The notes under the pieces: generated by a model | What the model saw: the letters and a program-made list of their open reading frames with translations, nothing else | Told to the model about the DNA's origin: nothing | The model's database searches: none | Origin: Campylobacteraceae bacterium | GTDB taxonomy: Bacteria; Campylobacterota; Campylobacteria; Campylobacterales; Sulfurovaceae | NCBI GenBank assembly: GCA_026985655.1 | Contig: JALSQB010000080.1 | Span: 1 to 40,827 of the forward strand | Length of the DNA stretch: 40,827 nt | Direction of reading: 5' to 3' | Part shown: piece after piece, positions 1-8,514 of the stretch | How the letters are laid out: each line of letters opens with the position of its first letter | Position numbering within the stretch: the stretch's first letter is position 1 | Translations under genes and position numbers: made by a program

Positions 1-106
1 CCATCTGCTCCAAAGTTTCATGATAATAAGCATTTAAAACAGGCGTAACTTCATTCACCCCCAAAAGGTCTTCTACTTTGGCATAAAGGTCTAATGCATT
101 AGACAC
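1..106 (-). CDS. Partial CDS running off the window start; possibly a class I SAM-dependent methyltransferase
   Basis: Open frame GTG-TCT-AAT-GCA... reads (M)SNALDLYAKVEDLLGVNEVTPVLNAYYHETLEQM and overlaps the hisG stop. The product guess is from recalled N-terminal similarity only. Confidence 0.45.
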   Translation of the reverse strand, partial: MSNALDLYAKVEDLLGVNEVTPVLNAYYHETLEQM

Positions 107-719
107 GACTTTGTATCACTTTATTGATTTTTTCATAGAGTTCTAATACTTCATCTTTTTTTGCATAGTAAGCATTTTTATTGGCAATCAAATGCACCGA
201 AGAGTCCATAATGTCTTCAGCAACTTTAAGCCCATTCTCTTTCATGGTCGCCCCAGTTTCAACAATATCTACAATCGCATCGGCTAATCCAACCAATGGA
301 GCTAATTCAATAGAACCATAAAGTTTAATAATCTCAACACCCACAGCTTTTTTAGCAAAATACTGTTCTGTAATGTTTACCATTTTAGTGGCTATCTTAA
401 TGTTTGGTTTGCTCCAATCAAGTTCATCTTCATTTTTAATCCCAATAGAAACCTTACATTTTCCCATCTGCATGTCTAAAAGTGTTACAATGTCTAACTC
501 TTTTTCAGTAATAACATCAAGCCCCACCACACCAATGTCGGCTGAACCATGCTCAACATAAGTAGGAACATCTTGGTTTCTCACATTTAAAAAACGGAAA
601 TTACCCACTTCCATAATAAGCTCACGCCCTTCAAACTTGAACTCTCCTCCAAATATTTCAGCGAAAATCGCCAAAGTGTCTTCTGCTATTCTTCCCTTTG
701 GAAGTGCGACTGTTAACAT
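99..719 (-). CDS. hisG: ATP phosphoribosyltransferase, short form (HisZ-dependent)
   Basis: MLTVALPKGR, DVPTYVEHGSADIGVVGLD, GSIELAPLVGLADAIVDIVETGATMKENGL. 206 aa with no C-terminal regulatory domain. Confidence 0.97.
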   Translation of the reverse strand: MLTVALPKGRIAEDTLAIFAEIFGGEFKFEGRELIMEVGNFRFLNVRNQDVPTYVEHGSADIGVVGLDVITEKELDIVTLLDMQMGKCKVSIGIKNEDELDWSKPNIKIATKMVNITEQYFAKKAVGVEIIKLYGSIELAPLVGLADAIVDIVETGATMKENGLKVAEDIMDSSVHLIANKNAYYAKKDEVLELYEKINKVIQSRV

Positions 720-722
720 GTT

Positions 723-1340
723 CTAACCTTTACTTAATACGTTTTTCATACCTTGAAAAATCAATGTTTCATCAAAAAGTGCATTTTCAAAAAACCTCTT
801 TAAAAATGCTCCATCTCCACCAGAGATATAGAGCTTTTTATCCGATTGATATTTTTCTATGAGTAATTTTATAGATGCGATTATACCAAAACTTATCCCA
901 TCTTTAGTTGTGCTAGGTAAGTCATCTAAAGATATATTTCTATTGAGTTCAATCGCCAAAGCAGGAGAAATATGTCCATACGCTTCAATATATGCTTTTA
1001 AGCCAGGCAATAAAAAACCACCCACATAAACACCCTCTTCCAGCACATCAACCGTAATGGCAGAACCAGCACTCACAAAAATGCCATTTTCATGAGACAA
1101 ACACAAAGCTTTACGGTCAATGCCCATGGTGCTATATTCATTTTCTATTTTTATTAAAGGCGAAACATCTTCCCAATTCGCTAAACTTTTAAGCTTCTGT
1201 GTTAGTTCATGCTTTACGCTAATATATTTTACTTTTTTATCACCATACTTTTCTATGGCTTCTTCATGCTCCAAGTGTACGACCTCTTTTCCATTGTAAA
1301 TGTGTATTCGGGTGTTTCCTATGTCGGCTAGTAAGGGCAT
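723..1340 (-). CDS. coaX: Type III pantothenate kinase
   Basis: LLADIGNT, MGIDR, AGSAITVD, GGFLLPG and SGGDG motifs. Confidence 0.93.
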   Translation of the reverse strand: MPLLADIGNTRIHIYNGKEVVHLEHEEAIEKYGDKKVKYISVKHELTQKLKSLANWEDVSPLIKIENEYSTMGIDRKALCLSHENGIFVSAGSAITVDVLEEGVYVGGFLLPGLKAYIEAYGHISPALAIELNRNISLDDLPSTTKDGISFGIIASIKLLIEKYQSDKKLYISGGDGAFLKRFFENALFDETLIFQGMKNVLSKG

Positions 1341-1351
1341 TTGTTATCGAC

Positions 1352-1567
1352 CTACTGCCATTGCATTTTCAATTCACGATGAGAAGCAACACAATCTCGA
1401 AGATAAAGATTTATTAAACTCTGATAAGGTATGCCCACCCCCTCAGCCATACTTTTAAAATAATCAATAACCTCTGTTTCAAGTCGCATCGTCACTTGCT
1501 TTTTCAACTGTTTAACATAAGGATTCGGTCGTGACTTCATAGTTTTTAAATCATATTCTTCTTTCAT
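1352..1567 (-). CDS. brnA: BrnA-family antitoxin (RHH/CopG-like C-terminus)
   Basis: MKEEYDL...NPY...KKQVTMRL...VIDYFK...GIPYQSLINLYL. Start moved from the track's 1648 to ATG 1567, which has an AGGAG Shine-Dalgarno and follows the toxin stop. Confidence 0.88.
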   Translation of the reverse strand: MKEEYDLKTMKSRPNPYVKQLKKQVTMRLETEVIDYFKSMAEGVGIPYQSLINLYLRDCVASHRELKMQWQ

Positions 1568-1568
1568 C

Positions 1569-1856
1569 TTATCTCCTATAGTAGTGTTTAGATTCATTTT
1601 TAGTTGCTTTTCTAGCCGAAATAATTCGTATGTTGCCTGTACTTTCACGATAACAATGACAGATAAGAAGTAAATTTAATTTGTTACTAACGCCTAACAT
1701 CAAAAACCTCTCTTCCCATTCTGAATGTTCATCATCATAAAATTCAAGAGCCAACTCATCATAAAAAACACTCCTAGCCTCTTCAAAAGAGATTCCATGT
1801 TTTTTTAAATTTATCTCTGCCTTATTATTGTCCCATTCAAAATCTATCTTTTTCAT
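1569..1856 (-). CDS. brnT: BrnT-family toxin (RelE-like ribonuclease)
   Basis: FEWDNNKAEINLKKHGISFEEA...EERF...IRIISARKAT is typical of BrnT; toxin-first gene order. Confidence 0.92.
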   Translation of the reverse strand: MKKIDFEWDNNKAEINLKKHGISFEEARSVFYDELALEFYDDEHSEWEERFLMLGVSNKLNLLLICHCYRESTGNIRIISARKATKNESKHYYRR

Positions 1857-1859
1857 TAT

Positions 1860-1888
1860 ATTATACTTACAATGTAATTTTTTGTCAA
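1860..1888 (-). promoter_or_regulatory. Consensus sigma70 promoter of brnTA with an operator palindrome in the spacer
   Basis: Minus strand TTGACA (1888-1883), 17 nt, TATAAT (1865-1860). The spacer contains the palindrome TTACA-A-TGTAA (1867-1877). Confidence 0.8.
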
Positions 1889-1988
1889 GTTTGTTGTTCC
1901 CATATTTAAAACCTTTCTTTTTCTAATTTTATTTAAAATTGTTTAAATATATTAAAAATATGTCAAATTGTCATACTTTAAATTTTAA

Positions 1989-1996
1989 GCTATAAT
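1989..1996 (+). promoter_or_regulatory. Probable -10 element for nspC
   Basis: GCTATAAT about 90 bp upstream of the nspC start, preceded by AT-rich sequence. Confidence 0.5.
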
Positions 1997-2018
1997 ATTT
2001 TAAAATATTTGGAAGGCT

Positions 2019-2043
2019 GTAGGTCGGTTTCCCCGATGCCGAC
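2019..2043 (+). repeat. GTAG-type REP-like hairpin (single copy in window)
   Basis: GTAG followed by GTCGG-tttccccgatg-CCGAC, a GC-rich stem in AT-rich intergenic DNA. Confidence 0.5.
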
Positions 2044-2083
2044 AATGTCATCTCTCACTTTATTTTCCTTTTAAAGGCACACC

Positions 2084-3214
2084 ATGAAAACCCCCTACTG
2101 GCTACTAGAAGAAACCCTACTAGAACAAAACCTAAAAACCCTAGCTCACATAAAAGAAAAAACAAATGTGAAAATTTTACTTGCCCTAAAAGGCTATGCC
2201 CTTTGGAAAAGCTTTCCATTGGTTTCCAAGTACCTTGACGGTTGTTGTGCTTCTGGACTACACGAAGCAAAACTCTCCCATGAACATTTTGCGAAAGAGA
2301 CCCATACTTATAGCCCTGCTTTTAAAGAAGAGGAGATTGAAGAAGTAGCTAAAATATCTCATCATCTCGTCTTTAACTCCCCTTCTCAATTTGAACGCTT
2401 TTCCTCTTTGGCTAAAAAACATAACCCCCAACTCTCTTTGGGATTGCGTGTAAACCCTGAATATTCACAAGCCCCTGTGGAACTTTACAACCCTTGTGGG
2501 CTCTATTCGCGATTGGGAACGACACGTGAAAATTTAGAAATATTACTTCAAAGTGAAAAGTTTAAAGAGCTAGAGGGATTTCATTTTCATGCCCTTTGTG
2601 AACAAGATAGCCTAGCACTTGAAAATGTTTTAAAAGCTTTTGAGGAAAAATTTGGCAAATTTTTAGCCAACTTAAAATGGGTAAACTTTGGAGGGGGTCA
2701 TCACATTACGCGTAAAGGGTATGACACCGACAAACTCATAGCAATTTTAAACAATTTTAAAAGCAGACACCCCCACCTAGAAGTTTACCTAGAACCAGGC
2801 GAAGCTGTGGGTTGGGAGACAGGAACCTTAGTTACTTCGGTGCTTGACATTGTTCATAATGGCTTAGAGATTGCCATTTTAGACACATCAGCCGAAGCAC
2901 AAATGCCCGACACCATCATAATGCCTTATCGTGCAGAGGTAAGAGAAAGTGGCAAAGCAGGAGAAAAAAAACATACCTATCGACTCGCAGGAAACACCTG
3001 TTTAGCAGGTGACATCATGGGTGACTACTCTTTTGAGCAAGCGTTACAAATAGGTGACAAAATAATTTTTGAAGACCAAATACACTACACCATGGTCAAA
3101 GCAACTACCTTTAATGGTGTGCCATTGCCGTCCATTGTCATCAAACGGCTTGATGGCACATTAGAGGTCGTACGTGAATTTGGATATGAGGATTTTAGAG
3201 ATAGACTTTCTTAA
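2084..3214 (+). CDS. nspC: Carboxynorspermidine decarboxylase
   Basis: LLALKGY (PLP Lys), YNPCGLYSRLG, HFHALCEQ, NFGGGHHIT, LEPGEAVGW, TCLAGD, TTFNGVPLP. Confidence 0.95.
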   Translation: MKTPYWLLEETLLEQNLKTLAHIKEKTNVKILLALKGYALWKSFPLVSKYLDGCCASGLHEAKLSHEHFAKETHTYSPAFKEEEIEEVAKISHHLVFNSPSQFERFSSLAKKHNPQLSLGLRVNPEYSQAPVELYNPCGLYSRLGTTRENLEILLQSEKFKELEGFHFHALCEQDSLALENVLKAFEEKFGKFLANLKWVNFGGGHHITRKGYDTDKLIAILNNFKSRHPHLEVYLEPGEAVGWETGTLVTSVLDIVHNGLEIAILDTSAEAQMPDTIIMPYRAEVRESGKAGEKKHTYRLAGNTCLAGDIMGDYSFEQALQIGDKIIFEDQIHYTMVKATTFNGVPLPSIVIKRLDGTLEVVREFGYEDFRDRLS

Positions 3215-3387
3215 CTCCCATACAAACTCAAACCATAAACCCACGCTTACCATCTCAGAAAAAGAAGATAAGAATTTTAGGCTTAAAATATGCAATGATT
3301 TTAATACTACTTTAGCATATTTTGATGTCAATGAGAACCTAATGGGTTAAATGCTAAAATTCGCCCAATATTTTACAAGGAATTCTA

Positions 3388-4971
3388 TTGATTAATCTAC
3401 AAAATTACGCTACTCAAAACATCAAGAATGATGTTCTTTCAGGTGCATTGGTAGCTGTGGCATTGGTGCCTGAAGCCATTGCTTTCTCTTTTATTGCAGG
3501 AGTTTCACCTGTGGTTGGGCTTTATGGAGCTTTTATTATTGGGCTTGTTACGGCTCTACTTGGGGGTAAACCTGGCATGATTTCAGGGGCTACTGGTTCT
3601 GTAGCCGTTGTATTTGTGGGTTTAGGTCTCTCTGTTAAAGCGATGTACCCCGAACTGGACAAAGAAGCACTCTCTATGATGGTACTCAACTACATTCTGC
3701 TCACCTCTATCATTGCAGGTCTTATACAAATTGCCATTGGTTTTTTCAAAATGGGGAAATTTATCCGTTTAGTTCCTCAACCTGCTCTCTTTGGGTTTGT
3801 AAATGGTTTGGCAATTGTTATTGCCATGGCACAACTTACCTTCTTAGCTCCTGCTAATGTGGAACAATATGGCTCATGGATAGAGATTATCAAAGCGAGT
3901 TTTACAGAGAACTACATCATGTATATTATCATTGCTATTACCATGCTAACCATGCAGTTTTTACCTAAAATTTCAAGAGCTGTTCCTGCTGGATTGGTTG
4001 CCATTGTTGTGGTGACCTTAGTTGTTTACTTTGGTGAAATCTCTACCAAAGTAGTTGGTGATTTGGCTGACCTCTCTTCGGTTTCTATGCCTAGCTTTGT
4101 CATGCCAATGGGCGAACTCTTCTCTTGGGAGGCGATGCGTATTATTTTACCAATAGCGTTTATTGTTGCACTTGTAGGTCTTATTGAATCTTTACTAACC
4201 CTTTCAGTACTCGATGAAATGGGTGGAGAACGTGGTTCAGGAAACCAAGAGTGTATTGCTCTTGGTGTAGGAAACACAGCTTCTGGACTCTTTGGAGGTA
4301 TGGCTGGTTGTGCGATGATTGGGCAATCCGTCATCAACTTCACTTCTGGTGGACTTGGACGTTTGTCTTCATTTACGGCTGCTGTTTTACTCATCGTTTT
4401 AGTCGTAAGCTTCTCTTCTGTCATTGCAGCCATTCCTGTGGCTGTTTTGGTAGGGATTATGTTCATGGTGAGCATTGGAACTTTTGAGTTCTCTTCACTT
4501 AGACGCTTAAAACATATGCAAAAATCTGATGCTTTTGTGCTAATTGTCGTCACCATCATCACCGTTCTTGCCGACTTAGCCATGGCTGTTATTGCAGGGA
4601 TTATTATCTCTGCGTTGGTATTTGCATGGAAACATGCCAAAATAAATGCCCACACCACAATGGACAAAGAAAACAAAAAAGTCTATGAGTTAGATGGCCC
4701 TCTCTTTTTTGGTTCGGTTACTTCATTTAATGAACAGTTCGATGTAGAAAACGACCCAGATGAGGTGGTCATTGATTTTAAAGATGCAAGAGTTATGGAC
4801 AGCTCAGGTGTTGAAGCCATTGATGGAATTACAGAAAAGTACAAACAAGCAGGGAAAAAGCTCACCCTGCGACACTTATCTGAAGATTGTAAAAAAGTAC
4901 TCACCAGTGCAGGACCATTCTGTTCTTATGAGGAAGATGACCCTACTTATAAAGTGGCAACAAACCAATAA
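3388..4971 (+). CDS. SulP/SLC26-family inorganic anion transporter with C-terminal STAS domain
   Basis: VALVPEAIAFS, GKPGMISGATG, GGMAGCAMIGQS and the STAS motif GPLFFGS...DSSGVEAI. TTG start with AGGA Shine-Dalgarno; TGCTAAAAT -10 at 3352-3360. Confidence 0.93.
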   Translation: MINLQNYATQNIKNDVLSGALVAVALVPEAIAFSFIAGVSPVVGLYGAFIIGLVTALLGGKPGMISGATGSVAVVFVGLGLSVKAMYPELDKEALSMMVLNYILLTSIIAGLIQIAIGFFKMGKFIRLVPQPALFGFVNGLAIVIAMAQLTFLAPANVEQYGSWIEIIKASFTENYIMYIIIAITMLTMQFLPKISRAVPAGLVAIVVVTLVVYFGEISTKVVGDLADLSSVSMPSFVMPMGELFSWEAMRIILPIAFIVALVGLIESLLTLSVLDEMGGERGSGNQECIALGVGNTASGLFGGMAGCAMIGQSVINFTSGGLGRLSSFTAAVLLIVLVVSFSSVIAAIPVAVLVGIMFMVSIGTFEFSSLRRLKHMQKSDAFVLIVVTIITVLADLAMAVIAGIIISALVFAWKHAKINAHTTMDKENKKVYELDGPLFFGSVTSFNEQFDVENDPDEVVIDFKDARVMDSSGVEAIDGITEKYKQAGKKLTLRHLSEDCKKVLTSAGPFCSYEEDDPTYKVATNQ

Positions 4972-4991
4972 AGATATTAAGTGTGGTAGGA

Positions 4992-5669
4992 TTAATTAAT
5001 ACCACACTTACCTGTCGAACATTTCCCTGAAGCACATTTTGGTGCTGTTAAACTACTTGATTTATTAAGTTCTATGCTTGCAAAAAACAGTCCTATTATG
5101 GCACTTATTACTATGATTATTTGCAATTTAGAAACTTTTTGTATCTCTTCTTTTTGTTTTATTTCACACACTTCCCCTGGGCAATGAATAGGTGCATTTT
5201 TAGTTATTTTAAAATAGAGTATGCACCCTAAACATATTCCAAATGCTGTTTCACTATAGAGTAGAGCAATACATAAAAGACAAATAACAATCTTTATGGG
5301 TGTCATAATTTCAAAGACAACAATAATAAAAAACATAATAACAGACAAAATTAAGCCTAAACTCCACGCAAATCTTTTTTGAATGGCACCCACATATTCA
5401 GGTGTCTGATTTTGGACAATTAACCTACCCAATATTAATGTAGGTGAAAATTTAGGGTTAATTAGCACACGAATAAAAAAATCAATCATAAAAAAAGTAA
5501 CAAATATTTTTGTAAAAAGAAAGTTATGTGTTAAATATGCATTTAAAAAAGAGACCACAGCAGGCAAAAGTAAAATTCCTGCTCCTGCACGTGCTTCTCT
5601 CTCATTAAGTACAGGAATTACATAGCCATCTACCTTTTCCCCAAAATATAAATATTTATTAAATTCCAT
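4992..5669 (-). CDS. DUF4395-like membrane protein with C-terminal KCxxGKCxxGKCG tail
   Basis: NEREARAGAGIL, QKRFAWSLG and ETAFGICLGC motifs; several TM helices; ends in KCASGKCSTGKCGIN. Confidence 0.75.
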   Translation of the reverse strand: MEFNKYLYFGEKVDGYVIPVLNEREARAGAGILLLPAVVSFLNAYLTHNFLFTKIFVTFFMIDFFIRVLINPKFSPTLILGRLIVQNQTPEYVGAIQKRFAWSLGLILSVIMFFIIVVFEIMTPIKIVICLLCIALLYSETAFGICLGCILYFKITKNAPIHCPGEVCEIKQKEEIQKVSKLQIIIVISAIIGLFFASIELNKSSSLTAPKCASGKCSTGKCGIN

Positions 5670-5813
5670 AAATAAACCTTTTGCAATTAGATAATTTTTT
5701 CTTATTTGCTATTTTAGCTAAACTATTCCAAAAACTCCACCCCATCTTTAGAACCAATAAGTAAAAAACTCTTTAGGCTCGGCATTGATTTAACTCTATC
5801 TAGTTTAGTGAAA

Positions 5814-5846
5814 CTTTAAAAAGTAGTAATTTTTCCCTTTTTAAAG
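5814..5846 (-). terminator. Possible terminator hairpin downstream of the desaturase
   Basis: CTTTAAAAAG...CTTTTTAAAG 10-bp inverted repeat about 20 bp after the stop; AT-rich and weak. Confidence 0.35.
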
Positions 5847-5864
5847 CTTACGAAAAATTATAAA

Positions 5865-6833
5865 TTATCGATACGCCTTAAGTGCTTCATTTATCTGAAT
5901 GTAGGACTCTAAAGGAGTGGTTTCAAAATAAAATATATCATGTTTTTTAGCAAATTTTTGGGTTATCTCTTTTACTTTTAATAGATTAAAGCGTGGGGCT
6001 TTTGGAAAAAGATGATGCTCAATTTGTGTGTTGAGTCCACCATAAAACCAATGGGTAAACCAGCCACCAGAGAGAGAACGGCTTCCTCTCATTTGTAGTT
6101 CCATCCACGAAAAATCTTTTGCTTGTTCTTCATCAAATACTTCACAACCTAAGTGATTGGTAATGAAGCCAAATGCCAACCAAACTGAAGCCAACATATT
6201 GTGGACTAAATAGACTGTTAAAGCATCGCTAAAAGGGAGTAAGTAAAACATAGTTCCCCAAATAATTGGCCAATGTAAAAGCATAAGTGCCAACTCACCC
6301 CAAAGTTTACGCTTGATGACAAAATTATACGATTGAATGACAAAAGCATAATTCATAAAAAACATAGCACCCCAAAAAATCAAGTGCTTATATTTTGCTA
6401 AGATGGGATTATTTCCTCTATGCTCATCATTGGTAAAAGCACCGTCCATTGCTCTAATGTCTTCATCTTTTTGCACAATGTTACAGTAGGTATGATGATT
6501 GATATTATGCTTATAATCCCACCATGAAGAGGAGTTACTTAAGATAATCGCCGAAAAAGGGTAAGAGAGTTTAAATGAGAGTTTTTTATTTTTAAAGTAT
6601 TGTAGGTGCAAAATATCATGCGAAACAAATACAGCACGTGTGGCAATCACCGTCATAGCAAATGCCAACAAAAATGGATTCCAAAGGGTAAGGGTTGAGT
6701 AAACGACAATCAATGCCACAACAATACCAACCATTTCAACAATACCTCTTACAGGTACTCTTTCTAAAAGACCTGCTTGCCTTACTTCTTCTTTAAGTTC
6801 CTCAAAATTATCAGGATAATTACTTGTAACCAT
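5865..6833 (-). CDS. Membrane fatty acid/acyl-lipid desaturase (delta-6/front-end-like His boxes, no cytochrome b5 domain)
   Basis: HDILH, HNINHH and QIEHHLFP boxes with TM segments; GGLN precedes the third box. Confidence 0.9.
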   Translation of the reverse strand: MVTSNYPDNFEELKEEVRQAGLLERVPVRGIVEMVGIVVALIVVYSTLTLWNPFLLAFAMTVIATRAVFVSHDILHLQYFKNKKLSFKLSYPFSAIILSNSSSWWDYKHNINHHTYCNIVQKDEDIRAMDGAFTNDEHRGNNPILAKYKHLIFWGAMFFMNYAFVIQSYNFVIKRKLWGELALMLLHWPIIWGTMFYLLPFSDALTVYLVHNMLASVWLAFGFITNHLGCEVFDEEQAKDFSWMELQMRGSRSLSGGWFTHWFYGGLNTQIEHHLFPKAPRFNLLKVKEITQKFAKKHDIFYFETTPLESYIQINEALKAYR

Positions 6834-6994
6834 TGTTCTTCCTCTTTTTAGTTCAATATAAATTATAACTATTATACTTTATATTTATGAAAAAGCTGTT
6901 AATAGTTTATTAATACGCTTGAGCAATCTAACCAGAGCTACACAAAGATACGCTATAATTGTTATAATAAAACTTTAAGTAAATAGGAATAGTA

Positions 6995-7678
6995 ATGATA
7001 GCTACAAAAAAAGAATTAAGCAGTGAACAACACACTCTCTACTCAGAAGTAATTGCTGAACGAAAAAAACTCATAGACAAAGAGAAAAAACTTTTTGAAG
7101 TGACTCCAAAACATACCCGTTATCGTATCTATATTGGACGTTTTTTTGAGCTTAAAAAAGGTCTTCATTCAGTATTTAACGAATTAAAATCAGCTAAAGA
7201 AAATGATGTTTTAGAGTTTATGATAGATTCTGGTGGTGGTTTTGTCAATGAAGGAATGCAGTTTTACAACATTATGCAAGAGAAGTTTTATGGACGTACA
7301 GTTGCCTATCTTGATAACAAAGGATACAGTATGGGTGCGATGCTCTTTTCTATGGCTGATAAACGCGTTATTTACCCTTATTCTGACTTTATGTATCATA
7401 ACTATGCAGGTGGAGCTGTTGGAAAAGGTGGAGAGATAAAAGCACGACTAGAGCATACTTCAAAAAAACTAGAAGCCTTTTTTCATGACATCATTGTGAA
7501 GCAAGGCTTTTTAAGTGAAGATGAGTATGCACAGATGTTAGTGGGTCAAGACTATTGGATGGGTGCAAAAGAGCTTTGTAAACGTGGTATTGCAACGCAT
7601 GTGATTGTTGAAGGTAAAGAAGTAACAGCAAAAGAGTATTTAAAAGAATTAAAAAAGAAGAAAAAGAAAAATAAATGA
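6995..7678 (+). CDS. Divergent ClpP/crotonase-fold serine protease
   Basis: DSGGG, GYSMGAML (catalytic Ser), FMYHNY (His), GQDYWM (Asp). GCTATAAT and an AGGA Shine-Dalgarno lie upstream. Confidence 0.8.
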   Translation: MIATKKELSSEQHTLYSEVIAERKKLIDKEKKLFEVTPKHTRYRIYIGRFFELKKGLHSVFNELKSAKENDVLEFMIDSGGGFVNEGMQFYNIMQEKFYGRTVAYLDNKGYSMGAMLFSMADKRVIYPYSDFMYHNYAGGAVGKGGEIKARLEHTSKKLEAFFHDIIVKQGFLSEDEYAQMLVGQDYWMGAKELCKRGIATHVIVEGKEVTAKEYLKELKKKKKKNK

Positions 7679-7680
7679 TA

Positions 7681-7771
7681 TGGCGGACAGTGAGAGATTC
7701 GAACTCTCGGTACCCTTACGAGTACGCATCCTTAGCAGGGATGTGGTTTCAGCCAGCTCACCCAACTGTCC
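7681..7771 (-). tRNA. tRNA-Ser (anticodon GCT), long variable arm, encoded CCA
   Basis: Minus strand GGACAGT...anticodon arm CATCC-CT-GCT-AA-GGATG...GTTCGAATC...ACTGTCC-GCCA. A TATAAT lies about 20 nt upstream. Confidence 0.97.
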
Positions 7772-7833
7772 GTGTGTTTGTGGATTGAGATTATAGGGGA
7801 AAAACCCTTAAAGAAATATAAAACTAATGCTTT

Positions 7834-8514
7834 TTAGAGCAAAAACATTTTTTTATAAATTTCTTGGATATTTCCACGTTCTTTATAGTCAATTAATTCT
7901 CCAAACTCTACTTCTATCTCTTGTTCTAAATTTTTATTTTTTAATGCTTTTTCTAAAACTTTATCGGTATGTGTTCTTATGTAAACGGGTAAAATAGGAA
8001 GTTTATTTTTAAGTGCAATAATTCTAAACCCCTCTTTAAATTCTATGAGTGATTTTTCTGTTTTATTACGCGTTCCCTCAGGAAAAATGAAAACAGAAGC
8101 ACCCTCTTTAACTGCCTTTTTACTCTCGGCAAAAAAACCCGACATTTGGCTTTTTTCTCTGTCTAATAGAATAGAACCTGCATTACGCACAAAAAGACCA
8201 AAAAATGGCGAGTTATAAAGCTCTTTTTTAGCGACCCACAGCCCAAAAAGCTTAGTGTCTTTTAATGCTACTTCTAAAACAGGTGGGTCAATAATCCCAC
8301 GATGATTACAGATAATTAAGTATTGACCCTCTTTAGGAATTTTTTCTTGATTTATAACTTTTACCCTTGTTTTCAAGGCATCTAACTGTCGTTGAGAATA
8401 GCGTAAACGCAATGCTTTCTTTTCTAAAAAATCAGAAACGAACTTAAGCCTTAAGCCAAAGGAGTTGGTTAGATAGAGTGCATAAATAGCTTGTTTTATA
8501 GCATTAAAAGACAT
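7834..8514 (-). CDS. plsC: 1-acyl-sn-glycerol-3-phosphate acyltransferase (lysophospholipid acyltransferase)
   Basis: NHRGIID (HX4D), AKKEL, FPEGTR and ILPV motifs. Confidence 0.85.
   Translation of the reverse strand: MSFNAIKQAIYALYLTNSFGLRLKFVSDFLEKKALRLRYSQRQLDALKTRVKVINQEKIPKEGQYLIICNHRGIIDPPVLEVALKDTKLFGLWVAKKELYNSPFFGLFVRNAGSILLDREKSQMSGFFAESKKAVKEGASVFIFPEGTRNKTEKSLIEFKEGFRIIALKNKLPILPVYIRTHTDKVLEKALKNKNLEQEIEVEFGELIDYKERGNIQEIYKKMFLL

Noticed and set aside
89-104. Perfect 16-bp palindrome GTCTAATGCATTAGAC at the hisG stop
   Set aside because: About one such palindrome is expected by chance in 40 kb, and it lies in overlapping coding sequence.
1568-1648. N-terminal extension of the antitoxin ORF in the track
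   Set aside because: It overlaps brnT; the ATG at 1567 has a Shine-Dalgarno and matches the family N-terminus.
4026-4676. 216-aa antisense ORF inside sulP, and the other short antisense or alternate-frame ORFs in the track
   Set aside because: Shadow ORFs of well-supported genes with no recognisable motifs.
4992-7681. Prophage or integrative element at tRNA-Ser
   Set aside because: No integrase, no phage structural genes and no duplicated tRNA 3' end were found.
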